A stretch of DNA of 20,000 bases from an uncultured virus (IMG/VR IMGVR_UViG_3300042349_000638) (IMGVR_UViG_3300042349_000638), one strand, 5' to 3'; numbered from the stretch's first letter, positions 1 through 10,100 are shown. Program-made: numbers and translations. Notes: generated from the letters alone by a model not told the origin.

Positions 1-2992
1 CAACAATTGATTGTGAAGGAGCGGTATCCATATAGTACTCAAAAGTATTTGAGTCAATAACAGACTTTACAATAAATTGCCCATTATAAGGATTTGGACC
101 ATTTGTAACTTCAGCATCTCTAATAGTAATACTTTGTGATGTAGTCAATCCATGTGGATAACGTGTTACTGCAGTTGCTGTTGTACTAATACCAGAAATA
201 GTTGAAATATCAAGAGGAGGATTAAAGTTAATAGCGAACTGCGACGCCAAACCTTTACCTGATTGATAACGGAAATATCTACGAGTTTGTCTTACAATTT
301 GAGAATCTGCATTAAATCCAGCATTTATTTCAACTCCACCATCAAAAGGTCTATGTACACTAAATGAATTAGACTTCACATAAATTGAAGTTGGCTTTAA
401 GAAATATGTATTACTAACTGAAGTAGATGGGAGAGTACCATTGACTTGTATCTTAGTATCACTAAGAACACCATAAACTGTTCCTTCAAAGACAGTTGTA
501 CTACTGACTCCTACAACAATTGGATCTCCAGATTTGAATGATCGATTAAATTTAGTATCAAATCCCTCAACAAGATCAGAATCTGCAGTAATTCTAATTG
601 TACCAACACCAATATTTTCTCCATTTAGATTTGAAGAAGTTAAAGTATGTTGTGTACCAGATCCAGTTGAACTAAAAGTAATTGCAACTCCAGCAGTAGC
701 ATTTGCAAAAGAACTAGCGAGTCTAAGACCATCTTTTGCAATTCTGATAACATAATAAGATGATCCACTAGTAAGTCCGCCTATATTGCTTCCTCCTCCA
801 TTATTATAAAGTACTTGAGTGCCAGTTGAAAGTCTATGCGAAGGAATTTCAATAAAATTATCACCACCGACATATAATTTTGACTGAGGGTTAAATGTCG
901 CCTCAATCTTTGGTACTGTTATATTGGAGTTTGTAAATCTAAATCCCGTTGTTCCAAGACCAACAGATGATACTGAATAAACTCCATCAAATGCGCCTGT
1001 GGTGGTAGTAAAAAATGTTTGAATTCCAACTCCAGCACTGGTGATATTAATAGCTGCTGATCCTTGTGTCTCAGATAATCTAAAACGATCATCAGTTACA
1101 TCTCGCGTATAATATGTTAGTCCCCCAGTCAATCCTCCAATCGTTGTACCAGATCCCACTTCATAAACAACTTCAAGATTATCACTTAAACCATGTCCTG
1201 CTATTAAAATAGTATTTTTAATTGGATTATCAACTATTTTTTGGAATGAATGGGCAGCTCCCACTGCACCGTATCCAGTAATATCAATTCTACTACCAAC
1301 TGTAGATGTTTTTAATCCAAATTGATTTGTATCTGCAACATCAATATAATACTGAGTATTGTTTGTTAGATTACTTATAGTTGTTCCTCCACCGTTATTA
1401 TATGTCCATAGTTCATCAGTAATAAATCCATGATTAGCAATGTAAAAAGTATTTCTTGAACTATTTGCTATAAGAGGAACAAAAACATTTTCGGATACTG
1501 TAGATGTAGTTGCACTAAAGTTAATTCTGGTTCCACCGCCAGATGCTAATGATAAAGTACGTGAAGTTGTACCTGCTGCTTGGAAATAATAATAAGTTAC
1601 AACAGTTGACTCATCATATAACTTTGCTGGATTTTGCGTAGTTACTAAAGTTTGCATGATATTGGTTCCAGAAGTAGGACCAACGCATAGCAAAGGTGTG
1701 TTTATATCAGTAACACTTGTATCCTCATTCCAGTTCACAGCATCTGATGTGGTATTAGTCATACTAAGGGCAGTATAACCTCTGTAGAATCCCAAAATTC
1801 CAGTTCCAGTAGCTGCAGTAATGCTGACTGCAGCACCTCCAGATGTATCTGATAATGAAAAACTATTCGTTGAGGCACTAACAATATAATAACGGTTATT
1901 TGCCGTTAGTCCAGTTGGAGCAGTGCTATTGGGAGCTACAATAAAAAGAACAACTTGCCCATTAGTAAATCCATGAGAATTGATGTTGATTGCATTAGTA
2001 GCAACATCATCTCCACCTCTAGCAAACTTGGTGCTTAATGTACTGGTATAATCCCAAATATCTGTTTTGCGTATTCCCGTACCATTGTTTGAATTATATT
2101 GATTTGGTTCAAATGTGTTAGTTGTGACAATTGTATCAGCAACTTCAACACTTGATGCGTTAAATTCAAGAGATTGGGTTCCTAGTGTATCAACGACATA
2201 AAATTCTGTCCCAGAAGTAAATCCATGAGGATAAGGAGTTGTAACTGCAATAGTTGAAGGTGTTGCACCATCAGTAGTTACAATATCATATGCGATATCA
2301 GACCCAGTATAAAATTTTCCAGGAACTAAGTAAGTATATGCTCCACTAATTGTTCCCGTAGAATTTGCAGTGTTTCTTGCAGAAAATGTAAATATATCAG
2401 TACCAGAAACAGACTCAACAATATAACTACCATCTAAATTTGATTGGTTAAGTCCTCTGACATCAAAAGGAATTCCTACAATAAGTCCATGATCTATACA
2501 AGTAACTGTTAGAATTTTACTTCCAGAAGTTGATTTTATATAAGTTAAGTTTAAAGCAATATCTCCAGTACTGGAATAAAATCCAGGAATATTATTTACT
2601 AACTCTAGGGTTTCCCATTTTGTTGACTGAAGACCATATTCAAAGTCCGTATCAATAAGAGTTTGAGCTTCAGATATTCTAAATTTTGATACAGGGTCAG
2701 TATAAGTTGGAGATGGTCTAAATCTTACAGAGTCCTCTTCAATTAAGATTTGAAGGGAATCATTAGTGCTCATTGCCGAGCAATCAGCTGATAAAACAAC
2801 AGTTGTTAATTCAGTATCATTATCAAAAGTTACAGATATTGCTGTCAAATTAGGATCAGCAAAATTATAAATTATCTTATTACTTGTAACGTTAGTAATA
2901 AGAAGTAATCTTCTTCTATGAATATTTCCTTCAATCGAAACAGTATTTGTAGATGGTGTAAAAGTGTAACGATGTAAAAGTGCTTTTGCCAT
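1..2992 (-). CDS. Large virion structural protein (>=997 aa, truncated at window edge) with repeated HG[FL]-xx-G...YY beta modules
   Basis: Not in the ORF track. ATG at 2992 with AGAGGT SD at about 3004-3009. Manual translation starts MAKALLHRYTFTPSTNTVSIEGNIHRRRLLLITNVTSNKIIYNFADP...LIDTDFEYGLQSTKWETL and is in frame with the window end (...HRPFDGGVEINAG...RQTRRYFRYQSGKG...NTFEYYMDTAPSQSIV). These motifs and the Thr/Ser/Gly-rich composition resemble cyanophage virion proteins. Confidence 0.85.
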   Translation of the reverse strand, partial: MAKALLHRYTFTPSTNTVSIEGNIHRRRLLLITNVTSNKIIYNFADPNLTAISVTFDNDTELTTVVLSADCSAMSTNDSLQILIEEDSVRFRPSPTYTDPVSKFRISEAQTLIDTDFEYGLQSTKWETLELVNNIPGFYSSTGDIALNLTYIKSTSGSKILTVTCIDHGLIVGIPFDVRGLNQSNLDGSYIVESVSGTDIFTFSARNTANSTGTISGAYTYLVPGKFYTGSDIAYDIVTTDGATPSTIAVTTPYPHGFTSGTEFYVVDTLGTQSLEFNASSVEVADTIVTTNTFEPNQYNSNNGTGIRKTDIWDYTSTLSTKFARGGDDVATNAININSHGFTNGQVVLFIVAPNSTAPTGLTANNRYYIVSASTNSFSLSDTSGGAAVSITAATGTGILGFYRGYTALSMTNTTSDAVNWNEDTSVTDINTPLLCVGPTSGTNIMQTLVTTQNPAKLYDESTVVTYYYFQAAGTTSRTLSLASGGGTRINFSATTSTVSENVFVPLIANSSRNTFYIANHGFITDELWTYNNGGGTTISNLTNNTQYYIDVADTNQFGLKTSTVGSRIDITGYGAVGAAHSFQKIVDNPIKNTILIAGHGLSDNLEVVYEVGSGTTIGGLTGGLTYYTRDVTDDRFRLSETQGSAAINITSAGVGIQTFFTTTTGAFDGVYSVSSVGLGTTGFRFTNSNITVPKIEATFNPQSKLYVGGDNFIEIPSHRLSTGTQVLYNNGGGSNIGGLTSGSSYYVIRIAKDGLRLASSFANATAGVAITFSSTGSGTQHTLTSSNLNGENIGVGTIRITADSDLVEGFDTKFNRSFKSGDPIVVGVSSTTVFEGTVYGVLSDTKIQVNGTLPSTSVSNTYFLKPTSIYVKSNSFSVHRPFDGGVEINAGFNADSQIVRQTRRYFRYQSGKGLASQFAINFNPPLDISTISGISTTATAVTRYPHGLTTSQSITIRDAEVTNGPNPYNGQFIVKSVIDSNTFEYYMDTAPSQSIV

Positions 2993-3032
2993 TTTTTAGA
3001 TTTACCTCTATTTCTTAAAATCTACAAATTTA

Positions 3033-3221
3033 TCAACCACCCAAACCAATTGATAAAGCAACAGCAAATGACTCAGTTGCTAATGACGTTCCAGATACGG
3101 TGGTTCCATCATGAGTCACTACAGTTTTCTTATCAGTATCATAAGTTATTTCACCTTCAGCACCAGTGAAAGAAGCATGTTGTGTACTAGATCCTCTTCT
3201 TATCTGTACTTGCTTAGTCAT
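3033..3221 (-). CDS. 62-aa protein made almost entirely of an Mtd_N-like (tail-fibre N-terminal) domain
   Basis: VQIRRGSSTQHASFTGAEGEITYDTDKKTVVTHDGTT matches the Mtd_N / hyaluronate-lyase N-terminal pattern (QxRRG...GE..xDTD...DG). Hydrophobic C-terminus AVALSIGLGG. Confidence 0.75.
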   Translation of the reverse strand: MTKQVQIRRGSSTQHASFTGAEGEITYDTDKKTVVTHDGTTVSGTSLATESFAVALSIGLGG

Positions 3222-3244
3222 TATACTTTGGGACTACTAAAACT

Positions 3245-3250
3245 TATTTA
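3245..3250 (-). promoter_or_regulatory. T4-like late promoter core TAAATA
   Basis: CTAAATAAGT on the minus strand, about 24 nt upstream of the ATG at 3221. Confidence 0.55.
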
Positions 3251-3281
3251 GGCTTTGAATCAATAGCAATTAGTCTTGATT

Positions 3282-5045
3282 TTATCCAAAGTTTCCAATT
3301 GTTGTACCAGTACCAACGCATGTAACCTTCATATAAGAGTTTGATAATGCTGTTATTGTTGCAGTTGAACTAAAAGCAAGTAAATCTAATCTTGAGTTTG
3401 ATGCTGGTTGAACTAAACCTTTAATTGTGATTCCGTGAGATGTGCCAGCAGTAAGAGATGCTGAAGTAAATATAGTTACTGGACTTACTGTTCCACCAAC
3501 AACAATTGCGTTTGAAGCAGTATTGGCCTGCAACGTAGCAAACGTAAAGTTACCTGTTGACAATGATGCTTGAACCGTAACTGTGCCAGCGTTCGTAACT
3601 TTTGTAACAAAAACAACTGCTTCTATTTCATAGATGTACCCGCCCAGTAAAGCGGGTCTATTTGTTGCACCAAAAAATGATGTTCCAGGACTTGTCGTGT
3701 CATTAATTGATAAATTATCTGGTCTGCGAATAAACTGAATCTCAGGAACTAATGCTCTTCGGTTAGCATTTGTCGTATCATCATTTGTATGATATAACAG
3801 AACTCTATCATATTCAAAAGCACCAGATTCTGGCGTAGTAAGTAGAGTTGTAGATGCAACTGATATTTTTAATGGAGCTGAGGATGCTGCAGCAGATCCC
3901 GTTCCTTCAATATGCAATTCTGCAGTTGGATTTGTAACACTAATTCCAATATTACCACCTAAAGGTTGTAAAACTATGTTATATGTTGCTGTTGATGGAA
4001 CCGTAAATCCAGATTGTATCCACTGTGCAAAATTATTACTAGAACCATATTGACCTATTGAAAGATAATTTCCACCTTGTCCCGATAAAATAGTATGGGC
4101 ATTTACGGTAATATCACTGATTGATGGATTTCCTTGTGCAACTGAATTTCCTAACCTTACCACTCCAGTTACGTCAAGTTTATATGATGGATTAGTGACA
4201 CCAACTCCAAGATTACCAGAAACATAAGCACCACCAGTAACTTGAAGTGGTTGTGATACGGTTCCAGTTAAAACGTCAGATCCAATTCCAACTTCACCTG
4301 TTGAATGGACTACAACTCTATTGGTTAGATTTGTAGATGTAGCAATACCTTCAAAAGTTCCAGAAGTTGCTGCTGTATAAGTATCAATTCTAACTTGACC
4401 ACCAGCAAGTCTTATTCTATCCCACCCATTGGAAGCATCTGCATCATTTCCTTTAAATAGAAGAAGTTCCGATCTTTCTGTTCCAGTGGTCCAAACTCTT
4501 TCACCAATATAGGTGTGATTATAAGAACCAGGACCATCACCAGTTGTTCCATAAAATGCAATATAATTTGAAGTTGTTGAAACTCCAAGTCTCAAGTTAC
4601 CATCAACTTGAAGTCTTTCTCCAGGATTTGTGGATCCTATTCCAAGATTACCAGAAACATAAGCACCACCAGTAACTTGAAGTGGTTGTGATACGGTTCC
4701 AGTTGAAGTTCCAGAACCAATAAAAACTGGTCCATTTGTAAATGTAGAGATTCCAGTTACATTAATTAATGCAAATGTAGAGACTCCAGTTACATTAATT
4801 CTTGATACGTTCGGTAACGTTGTAACACCACTAACTATTAAAGTCGTTGCTTCAATATCTTTATTTGTAATTCTTTGAGTTGCTGCAACTCCCACAAGTT
4901 CATGACCACCTTTAGTGGATCCATCATGAACTCTTAGAGTTTTATTTGTAGTGTCTACAGTTACTTCTGCTAAAGCGCCAGTAAATCCAACACCAGAAGT
5001 ATGATCAGAGGTAGATCCTCTTCTAAATTGTACTTCTTTGACCAT
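3282..5045 (-). CDS. Tail fibre-like protein (587 aa) with Mtd_N-like N-terminus and GNxGIGxTNP fibre repeats
   Basis: N-terminal VQFRRGSTSDH...AEVTVDTTNKTLRVHDGSTKGG; repeated GNLGIGSTNP / GNLGVGVTNP / GNIGISVTNP and GVSTF motifs typical of cyanophage fibres. Confidence 0.75.
   Translation of the reverse strand: MVKEVQFRRGSTSDHTSGVGFTGALAEVTVDTTNKTLRVHDGSTKGGHELVGVAATQRITNKDIEATTLIVSGVTTLPNVSRINVTGVSTFALINVTGISTFTNGPVFIGSGTSTGTVSQPLQVTGGAYVSGNLGIGSTNPGERLQVDGNLRLGVSTTSNYIAFYGTTGDGPGSYNHTYIGERVWTTGTERSELLLFKGNDADASNGWDRIRLAGGQVRIDTYTAATSGTFEGIATSTNLTNRVVVHSTGEVGIGSDVLTGTVSQPLQVTGGAYVSGNLGVGVTNPSYKLDVTGVVRLGNSVAQGNPSISDITVNAHTILSGQGGNYLSIGQYGSSNNFAQWIQSGFTVPSTATYNIVLQPLGGNIGISVTNPTAELHIEGTGSAAASSAPLKISVASTTLLTTPESGAFEYDRVLLYHTNDDTTNANRRALVPEIQFIRRPDNLSINDTTSPGTSFFGATNRPALLGGYIYEIEAVVFVTKVTNAGTVTVQASLSTGNFTFATLQANTASNAIVVGGTVSPVTIFTSASLTAGTSHGITIKGLVQPASNSRLDLLAFSSTATITALSNSYMKVTCVGTGTTIGNFG
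4206..4704. repeat. Perfect 64-bp direct repeat (4206-4269 and 4641-4704) inside the fibre gene
   Basis: tccaagattaccagaaacataagcaccaccagtaacttgaagtggttgtgatacggttccagtt occurs twice, 435 bp apart; it encodes TGTVSQPLQVTGGAYVSGNLG. Confidence 0.9.
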
Positions 5046-5115
5046 TTATATTCTCCAATTCATTATATTCAATAGACCTTGTTAAAATTTTTATCTATCA
5101 AAATATACTTTAAGT

Positions 5116-5122
5116 TATTTAT
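5116..5122 (-). promoter_or_regulatory. T4-like late promoter ATAAATA
   Basis: ATAAATAACTTAAAGT upstream of the 587-aa fibre gene. Confidence 0.6.
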
Positions 5123-5126
5123 TTTA

Positions 5127-5972
5127 CTATACATCTGCAGTATTGGTTGAAGGATACAATCTACTTGGTCCCCATATAATTCTCACTGCTCCCTGAGCTC
5201 CAGCACCTGCCGTAGAAGCATCAGATCCACCGCCACCACCACCATAAGCGCCGCCATTAGATAAAGTTGGTTTTGTACCGCCAGATCCAGCGTTACCACC
5301 CTCTGTTGATGTTGCGGTTGCTGCGCCACTGGTTCCTTCTCCAAGAATTCCTACGCCGCCACCACCGTAACCCTGCGCTGTACCGCCACCGCCGCCGCCA
5401 CCTGCTGCTCCTCCCGTTCCAGCGCCGCCCTGAGCATTGTTTGTTGCTCCATTTCCACCATTTCCAGAATATCCTCCAGCGCCTCCACCTGCACCATTAT
5501 ATGAAGTACTGTTGTTACCACCAGTTCCACCATCACCACCACCGACTGTTCCACTTACTGGCCCAGCGCCAACCGTTGTTCCAGTTCCTCCAGCTCCACC
5601 AGTCGTCTGAGTACCGCCGCCGCCACCATTTGCCTGAACTAAAACAGTACCAGATCTTAAAATATTAGAAAGGACGCCTGCGATACCACTAGCAGTTCCA
5701 GCAGCTGCAGTACCACCAGATCCAACATTTATAGTTAAAGTTTCGCCAGGTGTAACTGCAAGGTTCACAATATAACGTAAACCGCCGCCGCCACCACCAG
5801 CTACCTCAGTACCAGATGTTGCGTTTCTAGCTCCTCCTCCTCCACCGCCAACACAAACTGCAGATATTACAAATACATCTTGAGGAACAACAAAACTAGT
5901 TTGTCCAGGAGTAGTAAATAACTGCTGTCCAGCAGGCATTCTTTGATGAAAAAATGATTGTTGTATTGTCAT
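5127..5972 (-). CDS. Glycine-rich virion protein (281 aa), probable fibre-tip adhesin
   Basis: FTTPG...VCVGGGGGG...GGGGGGLRY...VTPGETLTINVGSGG...GAGAQGAVRIIWG is the phage Gly-rich domain pattern. Starts 1 nt after the stop of the upstream fibre gene. Confidence 0.7.
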   Translation of the reverse strand: MTIQQSFFHQRMPAGQQLFTTPGQTSFVVPQDVFVISAVCVGGGGGGARNATSGTEVAGGGGGGLRYIVNLAVTPGETLTINVGSGGTAAAGTASGIAGVLSNILRSGTVLVQANGGGGGTQTTGGAGGTGTTVGAGPVSGTVGGGDGGTGGNNSTSYNGAGGGAGGYSGNGGNGATNNAQGGAGTGGAAGGGGGGGTAQGYGGGGVGILGEGTSGAATATSTEGGNAGSGGTKPTLSNGGAYGGGGGGSDASTAGAGAQGAVRIIWGPSRLYPSTNTADV

Positions 5973-5973
5973 A

Positions 5974-7056
5974 TTAAGTTAAACCAGCTCCAGAAATTAT
6001 AAATACGGGATTGGCACCTCCAGTGACACAAAGAAGTGTGCAGATACCATATTGAGCAAGCGTTCTAGTGCCCGTAGTTGCTGTAGCAGCAAGTCTTAAA
6101 GTTACGTTTGTACCTTGAGTTATTGTTTGAGATGATCCAGAGTCGTTATATACAGTTACAACATCTCCAACAGAAAAAATACTAGCATTAACTGTAACTC
6201 CTCCAGTTGTTATATCAATATGTTTTCCAGCATCTGATGCTGCCAGTATATAAGCACCTGTTTGAGCATTTTGAGGAATTGCTCTTACATCACCCTTACT
6301 ATCATTAACAGTTGATGAAGTAGTAACTCCAACAACGGTTAGATTTCTTGCAGTAGAGAATCCAGTAACAGCTAGAGTAGTAGTAGTAACAATACCTGTA
6401 GCGGATATACCACCAGTAAAGTTTCCATTACCAGCGACGTCGAGTTTTGATATCGGATTTGTTGTTCCTACACCAACATTACCTCCCAAATATTTTAATG
6501 TTAAAACATCTAGTGTAGCGCCATCATTTCTAGATCTATAAAATAGATCACTAGATCCTGTAGATACTGATCCGAAAGCCCAATCAAATAGTCCATTTGT
6601 TTGAAAGTCGAATGCATTTGTTCCTGAAGCATCAGGTCTATTTACACGAACTCTTGCTGTTTGTCCCGATACTTGAATATGATTAGTAGCACCATTAATG
6701 CTTAAGAGATGATCTGGATTTGTGGTTCCTATGCCAAGATTACCACTTATATAACCACCACCAACAACTTGAAAATCTTGATCTGCAGTACCTGTTGAAG
6801 TTCCAGTACCAATTAAAACTGGACCAGTAGTAAAAGTTGATACGCCACTAACGGTTACATTTGTCGCAGAAATTAAAGTTTTATTTGTAATTGCCTGCGT
6901 TGCTGCAATACCTACAAGTTCTTTTCCGCCAACAGTTGTTCCATCATGAACCACTGCAATATCTTTATCAGTATTAATCGTTATTTCCCCTTCGGCACCT
7001 GTAAAAGCGGCATGTTCTGCAGTAGTACCTCTCCTAAATTTTACACCCTTTACCAT
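5974..7056 (-). CDS. Tail fibre-like protein (360 aa) with Mtd_N-like N-terminus
   Basis: VKFRRGTTAEHAAFTGAEGEITINTDKDIAVVHDGTTVGG; GNLGIGTTNP and GNVGVGTTNP repeats; C-terminal domain ...YILAASDAGK...GTRTLAQYGICTLLCV...FIISGAGLT. Confidence 0.75.
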   Translation of the reverse strand: MVKGVKFRRGTTAEHAAFTGAEGEITINTDKDIAVVHDGTTVGGKELVGIAATQAITNKTLISATNVTVSGVSTFTTGPVLIGTGTSTGTADQDFQVVGGGYISGNLGIGTTNPDHLLSINGATNHIQVSGQTARVRVNRPDASGTNAFDFQTNGLFDWAFGSVSTGSSDLFYRSRNDGATLDVLTLKYLGGNVGVGTTNPISKLDVAGNGNFTGGISATGIVTTTTLAVTGFSTARNLTVVGVTTSSTVNDSKGDVRAIPQNAQTGAYILAASDAGKHIDITTGGVTVNASIFSVGDVVTVYNDSGSSQTITQGTNVTLRLAATATTGTRTLAQYGICTLLCVTGGANPVFIISGAGLT

Positions 7057-7082
7057 TAATCCAGTACCAGATTACTTTTAGT

Positions 7083-7089
7083 TATTTAT
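7083..7089 (-). promoter_or_regulatory. T4-like late promoter ATAAATA
   Basis: ATAAATAACTAAAAGT about 27 nt upstream of the ATG at 7056. Confidence 0.65.
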
Positions 7090-7100
7090 TATATGATTTA

Positions 7101-10100
7101 TTATATGATAGTTACAAAGACGTATGGTTGCCTATAAACAATGTATGTACCAACTCCAACTCCATTTATTTCAATTAATCCACCACCAATCTCAGTTGTA
7201 GGAGTATAAGATTCTCGTCCATTACCAACGATTGCAATTGTACCAGTTGCTTTATAGTTTGGTCTAAACTTATCAATAGCAGTTTCATTAATTGAAACTA
7301 TTCCAGATCCAGTTATATTTGGAACATAGACTTGTATGTTCTGAGTTATTCCTCCAGAGAATAAAATAGATCCAGACCCAATTTCTCTAAAGGTATTCTT
7401 CTCTACCTTAGATCCAGAGAACTCAAAGAGAACTGTATTTTCTGGTGGATTTGCACCAAAGACCTCGGCAGATCCTCCAATTGCAGAGAATGATCCAGAA
7501 CCAATTTCTGTAGCTGGAGTAAAGGATTGTGTAGAAGATCCAGAGAATGTGGCTGATCCAGATCCACTATAAATGAATACTGGTCTATTAAGAGAATCTC
7601 CGTTGACCTGGACAGATCCAGATCCAATTTCCCTAAAGGTACTCTTCTCTACCTTAGTACCAGAAACCTCAAAGAGAACTGTATTTTCTGGTGGATTTGC
7701 ACCTATGGATTCTACAGAACCAACAATTGCAGAGAATGATCCAGAACCAAGTTCTCTAAAGGTATTCTTCTCTACCTTAGTACCAGATACTTGGAATAGA
7801 ACTGTAGAATCTGGAGGATTGATCAGTGTAGATTCTGCTGCTCCAGTAATTGCAGAAAGTGTTCCAGATCCTTTATATGAAGGTAATGATTTTTGGATTG
7901 CATTACCTGTTACTGATAATGTGCCAGTTCCTTGATGAGCATAAGTTGCCTTCAGATTACTATAAGATCCACTAATTTCAAAGAGAACTGTAGAATCTGG
8001 TGGATTGACTAAGGTAGACTCTGCAGATCCAGAGAACGCAGAGAATGATCCAGAACCAATTTCTGTTGTAGGAATGAACGATTGTGGAGCAGATCCAGAG
8101 AATGTGGCCGATCCCTCTCCAACATGTATCGCTAGTGCTTCAAGAGCAATTATTGCCTCTCCAGAGAACTCAGCGGATCCAGAACCAATTTCGCTAAATG
8201 TATTCTTCTCTACCTTAGATCCAGAGAACTCAAAGAGAACTGTGGAATCTGGAGGATTAACACCTGTTGCTTCCGCTGATCCAGAGAACGCAGAGAATGA
8301 TCCAGAACCAATTTCTGCTGTAGGAATAAATGCCTGAGGAGCAGATCCAGAGAATGTGGATGATCCTCTGCCAGCAAATCCAGGATTCTTTCTTGCCGTT
8401 CCTTCTCCAGAGAACTCAGCAGATCCAGAACCAATTTCGCTAAATGTATTCTTCTCTACCTTAGATCCAGAGAACTCAAAGAGAACTGTGGAATCTGGAG
8501 GATTAACACCTGTTGCTTCCGCTGATCCTCCAATTGTAGAGAATGATCCAGAACCAATTTCTGTAGCTGGAGTAAAGGATTGTGTAGAAGATCCAGAGAA
8601 TGTGGATGATCCAGATCCAATTTCAACAAATCTATTCTGAAGATTTGTAGCACTTCCAGAAATTGTAACAAATCCAGTACCAATTTCTCTAAAGGTATTC
8701 TTCTCTACCTTAGTACCAGAAACATTAAAGAGAAGTGTAGAGTCTGGTGGATTAACCAGTGCAGATTCTGCTGCACCTGTAATTGCAGAGAGAGTACCAG
8801 AACCAAGTTCTCTAAAGGAATTCTTCTCTACCTTAGTACCAGAGAACTCAGCGGATCCAGAACCAACCCATTCTGGAGTACTCAGAATAATTGTAGTACC
8901 ACTAAATGTAGCAGATCCAGAACCAATTTCTCTAAAGGTATTCTTTTCTACCTTAGTACCAGAAACATTAAAGAGAACTGTAGAATCTGGTGGATTGACA
9001 CCTATTGCTTCCGCTGATCCAGAGAACGCAGAGAATGATCCAGAACCAATTTCTGTAGCTGGAGTAAAGGATTGTGGAGCAGATCCAGAGAATGTGACTG
9101 ATCCAGATCCAGTTATGTATGGAACATATACTTGAACATCCTGAGTAATAGATCCAGATACCTGGATAGTTCCATAAGGATATGTTGTCTCATTAAATGG
9201 AGAGCTTAAAGTTCCATAATCTTCATAACCGACTTGATCACTGAGTAATCCATAATCATCGTAATCTTGTACAACGCTTATAATGCCATGATCATCATAT
9301 CCATCAAATATAAATATCGCTCTCTCATTATAAGAATAAGTGTTCTTCTCTACCTTAGTACCAGAGAACTCAAAGAGAACTGTAGAATCTGGTGGATTGA
9401 CTAATCTAGATTCTGCTGATCCACTAATTGCAGAGAAAGATCCAGATCCAATTTCAGTAGATGGTATGAATGATTGTGAAGCAGATCCAGAGAAGGTAAG
9501 GACAACTGTAGAATCTGGTGGGTTGACTCCTGTTTCTTCAGCAGCACCTGTGATTGCAGAGAAAGATCCAGAACCAATTTCCCTTAAGGAACTCTTCTCT
9601 ACCTTAGTTCCAGAGAAGGTAAGGACAACTGTAGAATCTGGAGGATTGACGCCAACAACCTCAGCAGCACCTGTAATTGCAGAGAATAATCCAGATCCAA
9701 GTTCCCTAAAGGTATTTTTCTCTACCTTAGTTCCAGAGAAATCTCCAGATCCCTCTGCTTTATGAACATAAAGTAATTTTGGTTCATATAATGCAGATCC
9801 AGATATTTCAACAGTACCAAAAGGATATGCATCTGCAGTATTAAAAATATAACGATAATCTTCAACTCCTGTTGTCAATTCAGAATCAATAATAAATCCA
9901 TAATCAACAAATACTGTCGCAGTAGATCCTATACTTCCATAGTCATCTGGAGTTTGTGCAAGTATTATTGATCTCTCATTATAAGAATAGGTATTCTTCT
10001 CTACTTTAGTACCAGAGAACTCAAAGAGAACTGTAGAATCTGGAGGATTGACGCCAGCAACCTCAGCAGCACCTGTGATTGCAGAGAATGATCCAGATCC

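Noticed and set aside
534..5668. Track ORFs 534-755 (+), 5267-5668 (+) and 5351-5554 (-)
   Set aside because: Antisense or off-frame shadows of the large structural gene and the Gly-rich gene.
3033..7056. Diversity-generating retroelement suggested by Mtd_N domains
   Set aside because: No reverse transcriptase, no recognisable C-type lectin variable region and no TR/VR pair with adenine-specific mismatches in the window; the 64-bp repeat is identical and internal.
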